Positions 1 to 10,700 of a stretch of DNA of 64,000 nucleotides are shown here, in pieces (within the stretch, counting starts at the first letter, position 1; every line of letters begins with the position of its first letter). The translations under genes were made by a program, and so were the position numbers. The notes below the pieces were generated by a model. The model searched no databases. It was not told the DNA's origin and was given only the letters and a program-made list of their open reading frames with translations. The stretch is from an uncultured delta proteobacterium. GTDB taxonomy: Bacteria; Desulfobacterota; Desulfobacteria; Desulfobacterales; JAHEIW01. The stretch lies in NCBI GenBank assembly GCA_963706575.1, contig CAVPNL010000006.1, forward strand, positions 640,001 through 704,000, given 5' to 3'.

Positions 1-2
1 TG

Positions 3-827
3 GCCTCCGTGCCTGAGGAGCAATGGCAACGGATCGTAGAACGGGCAAGTCGAAACCTCCAGCGACTGGTGGACATGCAAATTGAAGTCGAGGATATTTT
101 GGGAAACCCGGTGGCCCGGAATTACCATGCTGTTTCGGGCTTAATCGATCAGTGCGCCGACGAACTGGAAGTGCTCGTTGCCGAGCAGACCGGAGATACA
201 GCGGTGATCGCGCGGGTCCGGCAGCGGATCGAAGAGATATTCGGGCCGCGGGAGGCAGTTGCCGAAGACATTGTTCTGGAGGAATTCGTCAGAGAAAAAA
301 TAAAGAAGATCGAACCCCATTTTTCGCACCGCCAACTGGAGTTGATCATTGATACAGATCGGACAGAGGTGGTGCACATTCCCCCGGAGCCGCTTGAAAA
401 GCTGGTCATCGGTTTGATTAAAAATGCGATCGAAAATACGCCGGATGAGGGCAAGATTGAGGTGAAGGTCAAAAATCGGGATAGTGCCGTGGCGTTTGCC
501 GTCCATGATTACGGCGTCGGCATTATCGAAGAACATCGCCAGCGCATATTCGAAGGCTTTTTCCCGACACAGGATACGATGGACTACTCGTCAAAGAGTG
601 CTTATGATTTCAATGCCGGGGGCAAGGGGGCCGATCTGCTGCGGCTAAAGATATTTTCCGAGCGATTTGATTTTAAGCTGGATATGTCCTCTTCAAGGTG
701 CCGCTATATCCCGCTTGCCACCGACATGTGCCCGGGCCAAATCAGCCGGTGCCAATTTTGTAAAACCATCGAAGATTGCCACCTCTCCGGAGAAACCCGA
801 TTCACAGCCGTTTTTAAAGCCCATTGA
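3..827 (+). CDS. Sensor histidine kinase, C-terminal part (5'-truncated by window), with Cys-rich tail
   Basis: HATPase boxes LIKNAIENT, VHDYGVGI, RIFEGFF, GGKGADL; tail CRYIP..CPGQISRCQFCKTIEDC. Confidence 0.85.
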   Translation, partial: ASVPEEQWQRIVERASRNLQRLVDMQIEVEDILGNPVARNYHAVSGLIDQCADELEVLVAEQTGDTAVIARVRQRIEEIFGPREAVAEDIVLEEFVREKIKKIEPHFSHRQLELIIDTDRTEVVHIPPEPLEKLVIGLIKNAIENTPDEGKIEVKVKNRDSAVAFAVHDYGVGIIEEHRQRIFEGFFPTQDTMDYSSKSAYDFNAGGKGADLLRLKIFSERFDFKLDMSSSRCRYIPLATDMCPGQISRCQFCKTIEDCHLSGETRFTAVFKAH

Positions 828-880
828 GCAATGCGTCAAAACCATACGCCATCCTTTTTCAATTTGTTCTCCAATATTAT

Positions 881-1036
881 TAGAAGCTATCTTAAAAATA
901 GTAGATTACGTCCAAGGGTGCGACGTAAACCGATTCAAAACTCGTGTGTCCGAGCATACACGATAGTATTCGAGTATTTTGAATCGGTTTACAACAAAGC
1001 CCTTGGGCGTTAGATGCATTTTTGAGATAGCTACTA
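881..1036. mobile_element. MITE-like element with terminal inverted repeats
   Basis: TAGAAGCTATCTTAAAAAT (881) vs ATTTTTGAGATAGCTACTA (1018-1036), 2 mismatches; core related to elements at ~5.2-5.5 kb and 31.2 kb. Confidence 0.65.
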
Positions 1037-2479
1037 GATTTTGCGCTGGACCGTCAGCATGGTAATATCGTCTTCTTGCGGGGCTTTGCCGATGTGAGAA
1101 AAAAGATGGGTACCAATTCGTTCCATGAGTTCAAATGCGCTCGATACGGGTTGGGACAACAAGGTGCTCAATCGCCTTCGGCTAAAACGCTCTTCTTCCG
1201 GCGAGCGCGCATCAATGACGCCGTCCGTGTAAGAAAACAGAATATCGCCGGGGTTGAGCTGAATCTGTTTATATTTGAATTGCGCCTGAGGGTACAATCC
1301 GACAGCCGGTCCGGTTGACAGGAGCTCTTCTTTAATACCGTTTTGATCAATGACAAATACCGCTTCATGCCCGCCGCTGACATAAATCAGCCTGCCGTTT
1401 TTTGGATCCAAAACACCAAAGAAAAGCGTTGCAAACATACACATCTCACCGTGTTCCTGGGCGATGTAATCATTGGTCAGCGCAACCGCACGGATGGCTT
1501 CAACCTGACTGTATTTTCGAACCGAAGCGGAGTCGAGTGTGCCGCCGACGGTTTGCGATTTTTTGTCGATAAGCGATCTGCTCAATTGCGCCTGACCGGC
1601 AAATATGCGGATTAAGCTTCGAATCAGCGCCATGAAAAGCGCCGACCCCACCCCTTTATCACAGACATCACCGATGACCAATCCGGTGTAACCGCCCGGC
1701 AATACAAATGCATCGTAAAAGTCACCGGAAACCCGACTCGCCGGGAAAAAAAATTCCTCAAGATACCAATTGTCCAATTGCGGCAATTTCTGCGGTAAGA
1801 AGTCTTTTTGAATTTGGCGGCATTTTTCCAGCTCCCGGTCGAGTTCCTGCGAATAGGCTTCGATCTGTTTGTTGGCTTTTCCCAGTGACTGAAGCGAATC
1901 ATTGAGGCTGTTAAAAAAGTATACATTTTCCAGAACCAGAGCCATCTGGTTTGCCGTGATATTGATGAGCGCTACGATTTTGTCGGTGAAATGATTGGGC
2001 CTGGAATGCATCAGCGTCAGAACTCCCAACAGCATGTCATTGCTGATGATCGGCAGGGCCAGAGCCGAGCGAGCCATGTATGGCTGATCGGGAAGCATCA
2101 ACCAGCGCTCATCCTTTTCGGTGTCATGGACCAGACCGATTTTGCGATGATGCATGACCCATCCGGCCAGGCCTTCTTTAAATACCGATTTGATAAGCGT
2201 GGAACTGAGATCAGGAGAGATTTCTCCGCGGGATAAGATACTGTCGACTACCAGGCCATCGCTGTCGATCAGGATGAGACTGCCAAGTTCTGCTCCGGTC
2301 AGCTCGGTTGCGATGCAAATTGTTTCGCGCAGCATGGCTGTAGTGACTTCGGGTTCATCCGGAGACCTTGCCATGGAAATGAACTTTTCAAACAGCACGG
2401 ACTGGGCCTGAAACGCGGCCACCACTTCCTCCGTGCTGAGAATGCTGCTGACTTTAGGGTTGATATCCTCATGAGTCAT
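1034..2479 (-). CDS. GAF domain + SpoIIE/PP2C (RsbU-like) phosphatase
   Basis: GAF-like N half; PP2C motifs VSGDFYD, IGDVCDKGVGSA, YTDGV, DDIT. Confidence 0.9.
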   Translation of the reverse strand: MTHEDINPKVSSILSTEEVVAAFQAQSVLFEKFISMARSPDEPEVTTAMLRETICIATELTGAELGSLILIDSDGLVVDSILSRGEISPDLSSTLIKSVFKEGLAGWVMHHRKIGLVHDTEKDERWLMLPDQPYMARSALALPIISNDMLLGVLTLMHSRPNHFTDKIVALINITANQMALVLENVYFFNSLNDSLQSLGKANKQIEAYSQELDRELEKCRQIQKDFLPQKLPQLDNWYLEEFFFPASRVSGDFYDAFVLPGGYTGLVIGDVCDKGVGSALFMALIRSLIRIFAGQAQLSRSLIDKKSQTVGGTLDSASVRKYSQVEAIRAVALTNDYIAQEHGEMCMFATLFFGVLDPKNGRLIYVSGGHEAVFVIDQNGIKEELLSTGPAVGLYPQAQFKYKQIQLNPGDILFSYTDGVIDARSPEEERFSRRRLSTLLSQPVSSAFELMERIGTHLFSHIGKAPQEDDITMLTVQRKI

Positions 2480-2836
2480 CGGGATCGCCTCCTCCGAAAC
2501 ATTTGGGAAAAGTGAAATTATCAGAAAGTTACCGCAAGCAATTCAGGAAGGCAGGATACGAGTCGCAGGACTTTTTGATTCAGCAACGGGAAATTGGGCA
2601 TCTGGTCAGGTAGAGATTTCAGATAATTCTTCATTTATATATAATACCAAGTGTTGAGGAGGGTCAATTTATTTTGTAGTTTTTATTCATCCAACAACCG
2701 CCCTGCATGATAGAAGAATTACCTTAGAAGCTGCATTGACAACCCCGGATAAGTACCTACTTTTTTCCAATAAAACGGGCTGATTCTTGATTTAAAAATA
2801 GAGAATTCCGGGAACCCTTCTTAAGATCAAATCATC

Positions 2837-4213
2837 ATGAACCTATATTTACTGAGTCTCGGGTGCGCCAGGAATCTGGTGGACAGTGAAATTATGATGG
2901 GCCGTATCAAACGGGCCGGCTGGACCCTTGTGGACGAGCCGGAGGAGGCCGATGCTATCGTTGTCAACACCTGCAGTTTCATCGAGGATGCGGCCGATGA
3001 AAGCATCGAGATGATTCTCGAGCTTGCCCATTATAAACAGGAGGGAAGGTGTAAACGGCTGGTTGTCGCCGGCTGCCTGCCGGAACGCTATCGCGAGAAA
3101 ATCGCCGATGAGCTGCCGGAAGTCGACGCTTTTATCGGGACCGGAGCCTATGACCATATTGTTGAAGCCGTAGAAGGGTCTAAATATTCCGGTGGATGCT
3201 TGCTGCCGGATCCGGATAGCCTTTCACCCCGGGAAAAAGATATCCCGCGAGCCCTGAGCACATCCCATATGGCCTATCTTAAGGTTGCCGAAGGCTGCAG
3301 CCGGCATTGCACCTATTGCATTATTCCGAAACTACGGGGCAAAAAACGAAGCCGGCTGCCGCAAGAGGTGATTGCCGAAGCGCAGGGTTTGCTTGAAGGC
3401 GGCGTAAAAGAACTGGTGCTGGTGGCCCAGGATACGACCTCATACGGCACCGATCTCAAACCGCAGGCATCACTGAGCCAGCTGGTCGAAAGCCTGGCCG
3501 GCCTGCCCGCCGATCCGAGCCGGCAGCCCGGTGCCCGTGTTGACGGCAGCGCCGCGGACCATGCCTGGATCAGAGTCCTCTACGGGCATCCTGAAAGCAT
3601 CGATGATGCCTTTATCAAAACAGTTGCATCCCACCCCAATGTATGTTCATATTTCGACATTCCGATTCAGCATGTCAGCAGCTCGATTCTGAAGAAAATG
3701 GGTCGCATGTACAGAAGCGATGACCTGCAGCGCCTTTTTGATAAAATCCGGTCACGGGTTCCGGGAGCGTCTCTGAGGACGACTATTATTGTTGGGTTTC
3801 CCGGGGAAAATGAAAAGGATTTTGCAGCGCTGCTGCGTTTTGTCGAAGACACCCGCTTTGATCATCTGGGCGTTTTTCTCTATTCTGACTCCGGAGATCT
3901 GCCGTCCCACGCGTTGTCCGACCATGTGCCGGCTCAAGTTGCTCAGGAGCGTTATGATCAGCTCATGTCCAGCCAGCTGGACATATCGGCCCTGAATTAT
4001 CAAAAATATATCGGTCAAACGTTAGAGGTCTTGGTGGAAGAAGCGGTGGAGAAAGGGTTATTCGCCGGGCGCGCCGCATTTCAGGCCCCTGAAGTTGATG
4101 GCATGGCCTATATAAAGTCCGGGCCTGAACTGCCCGGCCTGCGGATCGGATCATTTTCACGGATCAAGGTAACCGATGCAATGGAATATGACCTCATAGG
4201 AGACGCTGTATGA
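2837..4213 (+). CDS. rimO: Ribosomal protein S12 methylthiotransferase
   Basis: SLGCARNLVDSE, VNTCSFI, EGCSRHCTYC radical SAM motif, QAPEVDG in TRAM region. Confidence 0.93.
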   Translation: MNLYLLSLGCARNLVDSEIMMGRIKRAGWTLVDEPEEADAIVVNTCSFIEDAADESIEMILELAHYKQEGRCKRLVVAGCLPERYREKIADELPEVDAFIGTGAYDHIVEAVEGSKYSGGCLLPDPDSLSPREKDIPRALSTSHMAYLKVAEGCSRHCTYCIIPKLRGKKRSRLPQEVIAEAQGLLEGGVKELVLVAQDTTSYGTDLKPQASLSQLVESLAGLPADPSRQPGARVDGSAADHAWIRVLYGHPESIDDAFIKTVASHPNVCSYFDIPIQHVSSSILKKMGRMYRSDDLQRLFDKIRSRVPGASLRTTIIVGFPGENEKDFAALLRFVEDTRFDHLGVFLYSDSGDLPSHALSDHVPAQVAQERYDQLMSSQLDISALNYQKYIGQTLEVLVEEAVEKGLFAGRAAFQAPEVDGMAYIKSGPELPGLRIGSFSRIKVTDAMEYDLIGDAV

Positions 4214-5190
4214 ATGAACTCAAGCAAAGGATTCTGGCGGAAAACAAAGAAGATCTGAGTGAAATCGAAAATCAGCTGTCAGAGAATTTAAAACCCTACC
4301 TGGACCTGGTGTCTGAGGTCGCCCACCACATTTTATTTGCCGGTGGCAAGCGGCTGCGGCCGTTGCTGCTGGTGCTTGCCGCCAAACTCTGTGATTATAA
4401 AGACAAATACGCCAAAACCATTGCTGCAGCGATGGAATACCTGCATGCCGCCACCCTTTTACATGATGATATCATCGATGATGCCATCCTGAGACGCGGC
4501 CAAAAGGTGGCCCACTCCTTATACGGCAATGCCGTAACGGTTCTGGTGGGAGATTTTCTTCTGGCCCGTGCCCTATCGATCTGTGCCGACTCCGGAAAAA
4601 TTAAAGTCATTCATATCATTTCCAATTTGACCGAGAACATGTCCACCGGTGAAGTCCACCAACTGATGCGCAAAGGCGATGTCACCCTCACCGAAGATGA
4701 GTACCTGGAGGTGATTCGGCGAAAAACAGCCGTTCTTTTCCAGGCCGCCTGCACCGTCAGTGCGATCATCGCGGAGGCACCTCCCGAAAAAGAGAAGGCA
4801 CTGTCCGATTACGGCTATAATCTTGGGATTGCCTTCCAAATGATCGATGATTTATTTGACTATACCATGGACACTGCTGAGTTGGGCAAGGAAGTGGGGG
4901 CAGACCTTAGAGAGGGGAAACTCACGATACCGGTTATTCATGCGCTCAAGCAGGCGGATTCAACTGATCGAGACCAGATGGTCAAAATAATACAGAATGA
5001 AGATTTTAGCGGGGATGAGTTCAAAACGCTTGTGGCGCTGATGGAAAAAAATGACGGTATCGACTATACTTTAAAACAAGCTGCGGCCTGCGTCGAAAAG
5101 GCCAAGGAGGCCCTTTCGGTTTTTGAAGCCTCGAAAAACAGAGATAGCTTGTATGATATTGCCGACTATGCCCTGGCTCGCCGCCTCTAA
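4210..5190 (+). CDS. ispB: Polyprenyl diphosphate synthase (IspB-like)
   Basis: GGKRLRP, LLHDDIID, FQMIDD, DLREGK. Confidence 0.88.
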   Translation: MNELKQRILAENKEDLSEIENQLSENLKPYLDLVSEVAHHILFAGGKRLRPLLLVLAAKLCDYKDKYAKTIAAAMEYLHAATLLHDDIIDDAILRRGQKVAHSLYGNAVTVLVGDFLLARALSICADSGKIKVIHIISNLTENMSTGEVHQLMRKGDVTLTEDEYLEVIRRKTAVLFQAACTVSAIIAEAPPEKEKALSDYGYNLGIAFQMIDDLFDYTMDTAELGKEVGADLREGKLTIPVIHALKQADSTDRDQMVKIIQNEDFSGDEFKTLVALMEKNDGIDYTLKQAAACVEKAKEALSVFEASKNRDSLYDIADYALARRL

Positions 5191-5334
5191 AAACTGTTTT
5201 TAGAGGCCCATCTTTTGCTCCAGGGCGGTGTTGCTCGTCGTCGAATTTCGCTTACGTACCATATGTACGCTGCGCTCGTTCTCCTCCTCGCGCCTAACCC
5301 TGAAACAAAACCTGCACCTCTAAAAACAGTTCTA
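5188..5334. mobile_element. MITE-like element; related degenerate copies follow to ~5610
   Basis: TAAAAACTGTTTTTAGAGG ... CCTCTAAAAACAGTTCTA inverted ends; core TACGTACCATATGTACGCT. Confidence 0.55.
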
Positions 5335-5694
5335 CTTTTTTTAAAAGCCCCTATTTTGCCCGATGGCTGCGTTATTATTCGATTCAAAATACTCACGTAC
5401 TACGTGTACGCTCCGTTTTTGAATCGAATAAAGCCTTGCCCTCAGACAAAATCTAAATGTTTGAAACCAGTTTTACATTTTTTAAAATACCTTGCTACCC
5501 AATATCACGCCTTTTGAACTCCTTCGTTTTTATTCAAATAGAAGTGAAATCCCGCATTATGCGGGAGCTCTCAGACAAAATCTGGGCCATTGAAGCCAGT
5601 TTTAATTTTTTATATCTATTAGAAAGAAATGCACTCCTTCTCCTCCTCGCCATTTTATTCCCTGTTTAAATAAGGGTCTTTTCCGCCAATTTTT

Positions 5695-5810
5695 TAACGC
5701 TCTGCCCTATGCGCTCTGCACTTTGCGATTAAGTGCGCCATGCGCTTAGCCCTCTGCGATTAAGTGCCCTATGCGCTATGCACTTTGCGATTATGTGCGC
5801 CATGCGAAAT
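5695..5810. repeat. Degenerate heptamer (TGCGCyA-type) tandem array with ~41-bp duplication
   Basis: GCCCTATGCGCT.TGCACTTTGCGATTA.GTGCGCCATGCG occurs twice. Confidence 0.7.
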
Positions 5811-5893
5811 GCTTATCTTAAATCTTGATTTTTTTAAAAAAATTCGTTTAAGTGATATTCGTTATATAATTTTTAGAAACGGGAGCGTAAAAG

Positions 5894-7102
5894 ATGCCTG
5901 GAATTTCATCGAAATGGAAGCGAATCGGGGTCGTGGTGGGTGTTTTGGTGTTGACCCTTTCACTATCCGTTGCGGTTTATGCCCAGCAGCGGGTGCAAGA
6001 TAAAACCTTTGTGGTCATCGGATCGAGCAAGTTGCAGGGCGCAAATATTCAGGCTGCCCGGGATCGTGCCATATCCGAAAGTTTGGTGACGGCCGTCGCT
6101 TTGATGACCGAAGAAGTTCTCAAAATAGATTCATTGGTGGAGAATTTCCCGCAGGTAAACAGCGTTATTTTCGGAAATACCGATGCTTTCGTCCAGGAAT
6201 ACAAGGTTTTGACCGAAGCAGAGTCCGACAAGTTTTACCGGGTCATCGTTAAGGCCACCGTTGCCGGTAAGAAAATAGCGAAACAGCTCTCAAAGGCAGG
6301 TATATTGAGGGCGAAAGTAGACCTGCCCTCTGTACTATTTTTTATCTCAGAAAAGAATCTTCAAGATGATTCCCCGCGCTACTGGTGGGGAAAGCAAATG
6401 GGCGGTTTCGAATCGATTTCTGAAACGACCATGGCAGATATTTTAAAGGCCAGGGGGTTTCCCATCGTTAATCACGGGGGGATCGGAATCGGTAAATTGG
6501 CGGATTTGGGCTCAGATATAAAGCCCGAATTAAGCGACGAAGAAGCCATTAATCTCGGTGCCCGTCTGCAGGCGGATGTGGTAATTTTAGGCACTGCCGT
6601 TGCCAGCCCGACAACCAGTATTATGGGCGATGATTTAAAATCCTTTAAAGTCATTTTGAATGCCCGGGTGCTTGGGACCGAAGCAGGTGATGAACTGGCC
6701 AACATTTCGCGCACATCGGTTACCGCCAATGTGGATGAGATAGCGGGTGGCAGGGAGGCCCTTATAATGGCCGGAACCCTGGCCGGAGATGATCTGGCGA
6801 CCCAATTGGATGCCGAGTGGCGAAAACTGGCTGAAAAACCGTCGCGGATGGAAATTTTGGTGGAAGGGACCGGCAACCTTGCCAATTTCGTAAAATTTCG
6901 CAGAGCCCTGACCGGCATTCCCGGAGTGGAGGGTATCCGGGTTAAAGAAATCAAACCCAGCGAGACGACTTTGATCATCGATTATAAGGGCAAAGCCGAG
7001 CAGTTGGCTTCAGCCCTGATGCTGCAAAATTTTGAAAATTTCGGCATCAACATATATGAAATTAGCAAACAAAATTTGAAGGTTGCGCTGGTTTCAAACT
7101 AA
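5894..7102 (+). CDS. Exported protein, FlgT N-terminal-like domain
   Basis: Signal peptide (KWKRIGVVVGVLVLTLSLSVAVYA); AARDRAISESLVTAV resembles the FlgT_N motif. Confidence 0.6.
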   Translation: MPGISSKWKRIGVVVGVLVLTLSLSVAVYAQQRVQDKTFVVIGSSKLQGANIQAARDRAISESLVTAVALMTEEVLKIDSLVENFPQVNSVIFGNTDAFVQEYKVLTEAESDKFYRVIVKATVAGKKIAKQLSKAGILRAKVDLPSVLFFISEKNLQDDSPRYWWGKQMGGFESISETTMADILKARGFPIVNHGGIGIGKLADLGSDIKPELSDEEAINLGARLQADVVILGTAVASPTTSIMGDDLKSFKVILNARVLGTEAGDELANISRTSVTANVDEIAGGREALIMAGTLAGDDLATQLDAEWRKLAEKPSRMEILVEGTGNLANFVKFRRALTGIPGVEGIRVKEIKPSETTLIIDYKGKAEQLASALMLQNFENFGINIYEISKQNLKVALVSN

Positions 7103-7156
7103 CTGATTTACACTTGACACGATACCAAGCCGGTGTTAGGTGAGATGGGTCATTAT

Positions 7157-7231
7157 AGGCACGTAGCTCAGGGGGAGAGCGCTACCCTGACACGGTAGAA
7201 GTCGGGAGTTCAAATCTCCCCGTGCCTACCA
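7157..7231 (+). tRNA. tRNA-Val (GAC)
   Basis: Acceptor AGGCACG/CGTGCCT, anticodon arm CTACC-CTGACAC-GGTAG, T loop GTTCAAAT, encoded CCA; TTGACA at 7114. Confidence 0.96.
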
Positions 7232-7239
7232 TTGATTTC

Positions 7240-7270
7240 AAGGGGTTATGGTTATAGCCATAATCCCTTT
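7240..7270 (+). terminator. Hairpin after tRNA
   Basis: AAGGGGTTATGGTTATAGCCATAATCCCTTT followed by T-rich sequence. Confidence 0.6.
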
Positions 7271-7788
7271 ATTATTATTTGCTACCATTTTGCTACTAAA
7301 AATTTGGCTTTATCAATAGTAATATTTAGTAAAGCGAATATAGTTTACAATGAGATCGCAGCCATTTGTAAACCTAATTGAGTTTACCATACACAACGAT
7401 GATAATATTTAGTAAACTGAATGTGACAAAATATATTAATCGCTTTTTAGCGCTTAGTTTGATCAACCAAGCGGGGAAAAAGGGCCGAAATGTTTACTAC
7501 GAAATAGCCTCGAATTTATCTATTTTGTCTTACGACCTGAATCATAAAGTTTTGTGCAATAATACGATATATTGAAAATTTTCTTGGCAATAAATAGTTA
7601 GATAGAATTAAATACCTTAAAGTTTATATTTGCCATGGTTAATCTGCAATATTCTCTCTAGTTTTCCGCTACGGTATGTTTTGTATCTTCTAATTTGACA
7701 TAGAACGATATTTTCGATATTTCAATTTTACTTTCCTACGTATTTCAGCTTCAATCAAACTGCATAGACCTTATTGGAAGGCACCAAT

Positions 7789-10700
7789 ATGAAATGCTCA
7801 AAGTGCCAGTTTGAGAACCGTGTAGGGGTCAAGTTTTGTATTGAGTGTGGAAATGGATTAGAAGTCCGGTGTTCAAATTGTCATCATGCCAATCGTCCAG
7901 AAAGCAAGTTTTGCGAAGAATGCGGTTTTACCCTGAGCCAGACATCTGCTAAAGCTCCTGAAGTCCTCTCGTTTGATGAAAAATTGGAAAAAATGAAAAA
8001 GTACATACCTACAGGCCTCGCTGAGAAAATTTTATCCCAAAGAGATAAAATCGAAGGCGAACGCAAGCAGGTTACGGTAATGTTTTGCGACCTGGAAGGC
8101 TTTACCGGGCTTTCCGAAAAATTGGGCCCTGAGGAATCCTACACCATTATGGATCAGGTGTACGAAATCCTTATTCACCAGGTTCACGATTATGAGGGCA
8201 CTGTCAATGAGATGACTGGCGACGGAATTCTGGCCCTTTTTGGCGCCCCTATTGCCCTTGAAGATGCGCCCCAACGGGCGCTTCGTTCAGCCCTTTCGAT
8301 TCACCGCGAGATTTCCAAATTCAATGACCGAAATAAACAGAAGATTCCCATAAAAATGCGGATCGGCCTTCATACCGGCCCTGTTGTTGTGGGCACGCTG
8401 GGCAATGACCTCAGGGTCGAATTCAAGGCGGTAGGCGATACCGTCAACCTGGCCTCCCGAATGGAAAGCATCGCAGAGCCCGGGACAACCTATGTCACCC
8501 AGAATACCTTTCAACTGGCTGAGGGCCTTTTTGAGTTTGAGGCCATCGGCAAAAAGAAGGTAAAGGGCAAAACGGAATTAATTCAAGTATATAAGCTATT
8601 AGGCGATAAAGGCGATTTATACCGACCCCGTCTGGGCTCCGAGCGCATGATCTTCTCCAGGATGGTCGGAAGAGACGAATTACTTGACCGGCTGGAGCTA
8701 CAGGTGATGAAGGCCGTCAATGGCATGGGTTCGATTGTGAATATAATCGGGGAAGCCGGAATTGGTAAATCCAGACTCGTTGCTGAGTTGAAAAAGCGCG
8801 ATGTCATGAATCGGGTCGCAATTTTGGAAGGAAGAGCCATTTCCATCGGAAGAAACTTAAGCTTTTATCCCATTATTGATCTTTTGAAGCAATGGGCGCG
8901 GATAAGAGAAGATGATGACAAAAATGTGGCTTACAGCAAATTAGAGGCAGCCGTCAGGGATCTGTATCCGGAAAAAGCGGGTGAAATATTCCCGTTTGTG
9001 GCGACCCTCATGGGGATGAAACTCGCGGGTGCTTATGCGGAAAGGATTAAGGGTATCGAGGGCGAAGCCCTCGAAAAATTGATTTTCAATAATATGCGGT
9101 CATTAATAATTAAAGCAACCGAGCTGTCGCCTATGGTTATAGTTTCAGAAGATATGCACTGGGCTGACACGAGTACGATTGAAATCATGGAATTTTTGTT
9201 TCAATTGGTGGAGACGCATCGGGTCATATTTATCAATGTATTTCGACCTGACCACCCTGAAACGGGAGATCGCATAACGGCAAGCATTAAAAAAAGTATT
9301 TCGCGATATTATGTCGAATTAAAAATCGAGCCGCTTGACGGCAAAATGAGCCAGGAGCTCATCCGAAATATGCTCAACATCGGAGAGCTAAAGCACGCCG
9401 TTATTGGACAAATCGTTCAGCGGGCCGGCGGCAATCCGTTCTTCATTGAAGAGGTTGTGCGATCCTTCATTGATGAAAATGTGGTGGTATTGAAAAACGG
9501 AAAATTTGAGGTGACGGAAAAGATTGAAAAGACGGTTATCCCACATAGAATTATTGATGTGCTTATGGCCAGGATCGACCGTCTTGAGGAAGAAACGCGC
9601 AGCTTGATTAAAATCGCCGCCGTCATCGGCAGAAACTTTTTTTATCGAATTATAAAGGCGGTTGCAAATTCGGTTGAGGATATAGACAGCAAATTAGTGA
9701 ATCTGAAAGATTTGCAACTGGTCATAGAGCGCAAAAGAATGGAGGAGATAGAGTATTTCTTCAAACATGCGCTTGTCCAGGAGGTTGTATATGACTCCAT
9801 TCTTCACAAGAGTCGAAAAGAGCTGCACCTGAAGGTTGCGCACTCTTTTGAGAAAACTTTCAATAAAAGGTTGCATGAGTTTTATGGCATTCTTGCCTAT
9901 CACTACAGTCGAGCTGAGGATCCGGATAAAACCGAAGAGTACCTCATAAAAGCCGGCGAGGAAGCCCTGCGCTCCTCGGCATCGAGTGAAGCCTTAACCT
10001 ATTATCAGCAGGGATTGACACTCTATCGCCGCAAATATGGAGATGCGGCTGAGCCGGAAAAGCTGGCGACATTTGAAAAAAATATTGCCCTGGCATTATT
10101 TAACAAAGGCCAGATGGAAAGCGCGGCGGAGTACTTTGATAAGGTTCTGGAGCGCTGGGGAGCGGGATCGCCGAAAAATAAAGTAATTGTTGCGCTCAAA
10201 GCCATGTATGACCTGCTGGGAGTCATCCTAAACCTCTACTTTCCGTCAAAAAAGACCAGGAAGGTACCGACAACACGGGAAAATGAGATTTTTGATTTAA
10301 GATTTAAAAAGGCTGTTTCACTCGTGAATCTGGATCCGGTGAATTGCTTTATTGAATTTATCGGCACGCTGAATAAGGTCATTAAATTTGATACGACCAA
10401 AGTAAAAAACGGCATCGCCATCTGGATGAGCGGGAGCGGTCTTTTTTCCTGGAGCGGAGTGTCATTTAGCCTCAGCAGAAAAATACTGAATTATAATAAA
10501 GGCATATATGATAAACTGGGTGATAAAGAGGTTCTTTATTATGATCTGTATGAGCTTCTCCACCAGTCCTATGTCGGCGATTGGCTGAGTGTAAAGAAAT
10601 ATGACTCAGATTTAGTCGAAAAGAATTTAAAAATCGGAGAGTTCTGGCATGTATCAACCTACCTGGTGTTTCACGGACATATTTCCATCGGGCAGGGAGA

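Noticed and set aside
5695..5810. Two ~41-bp direct repeats resembling a mini CRISPR
   Set aside because: The intervening sequence is made of the same heptamer units, there are only two copies and no cas genes.
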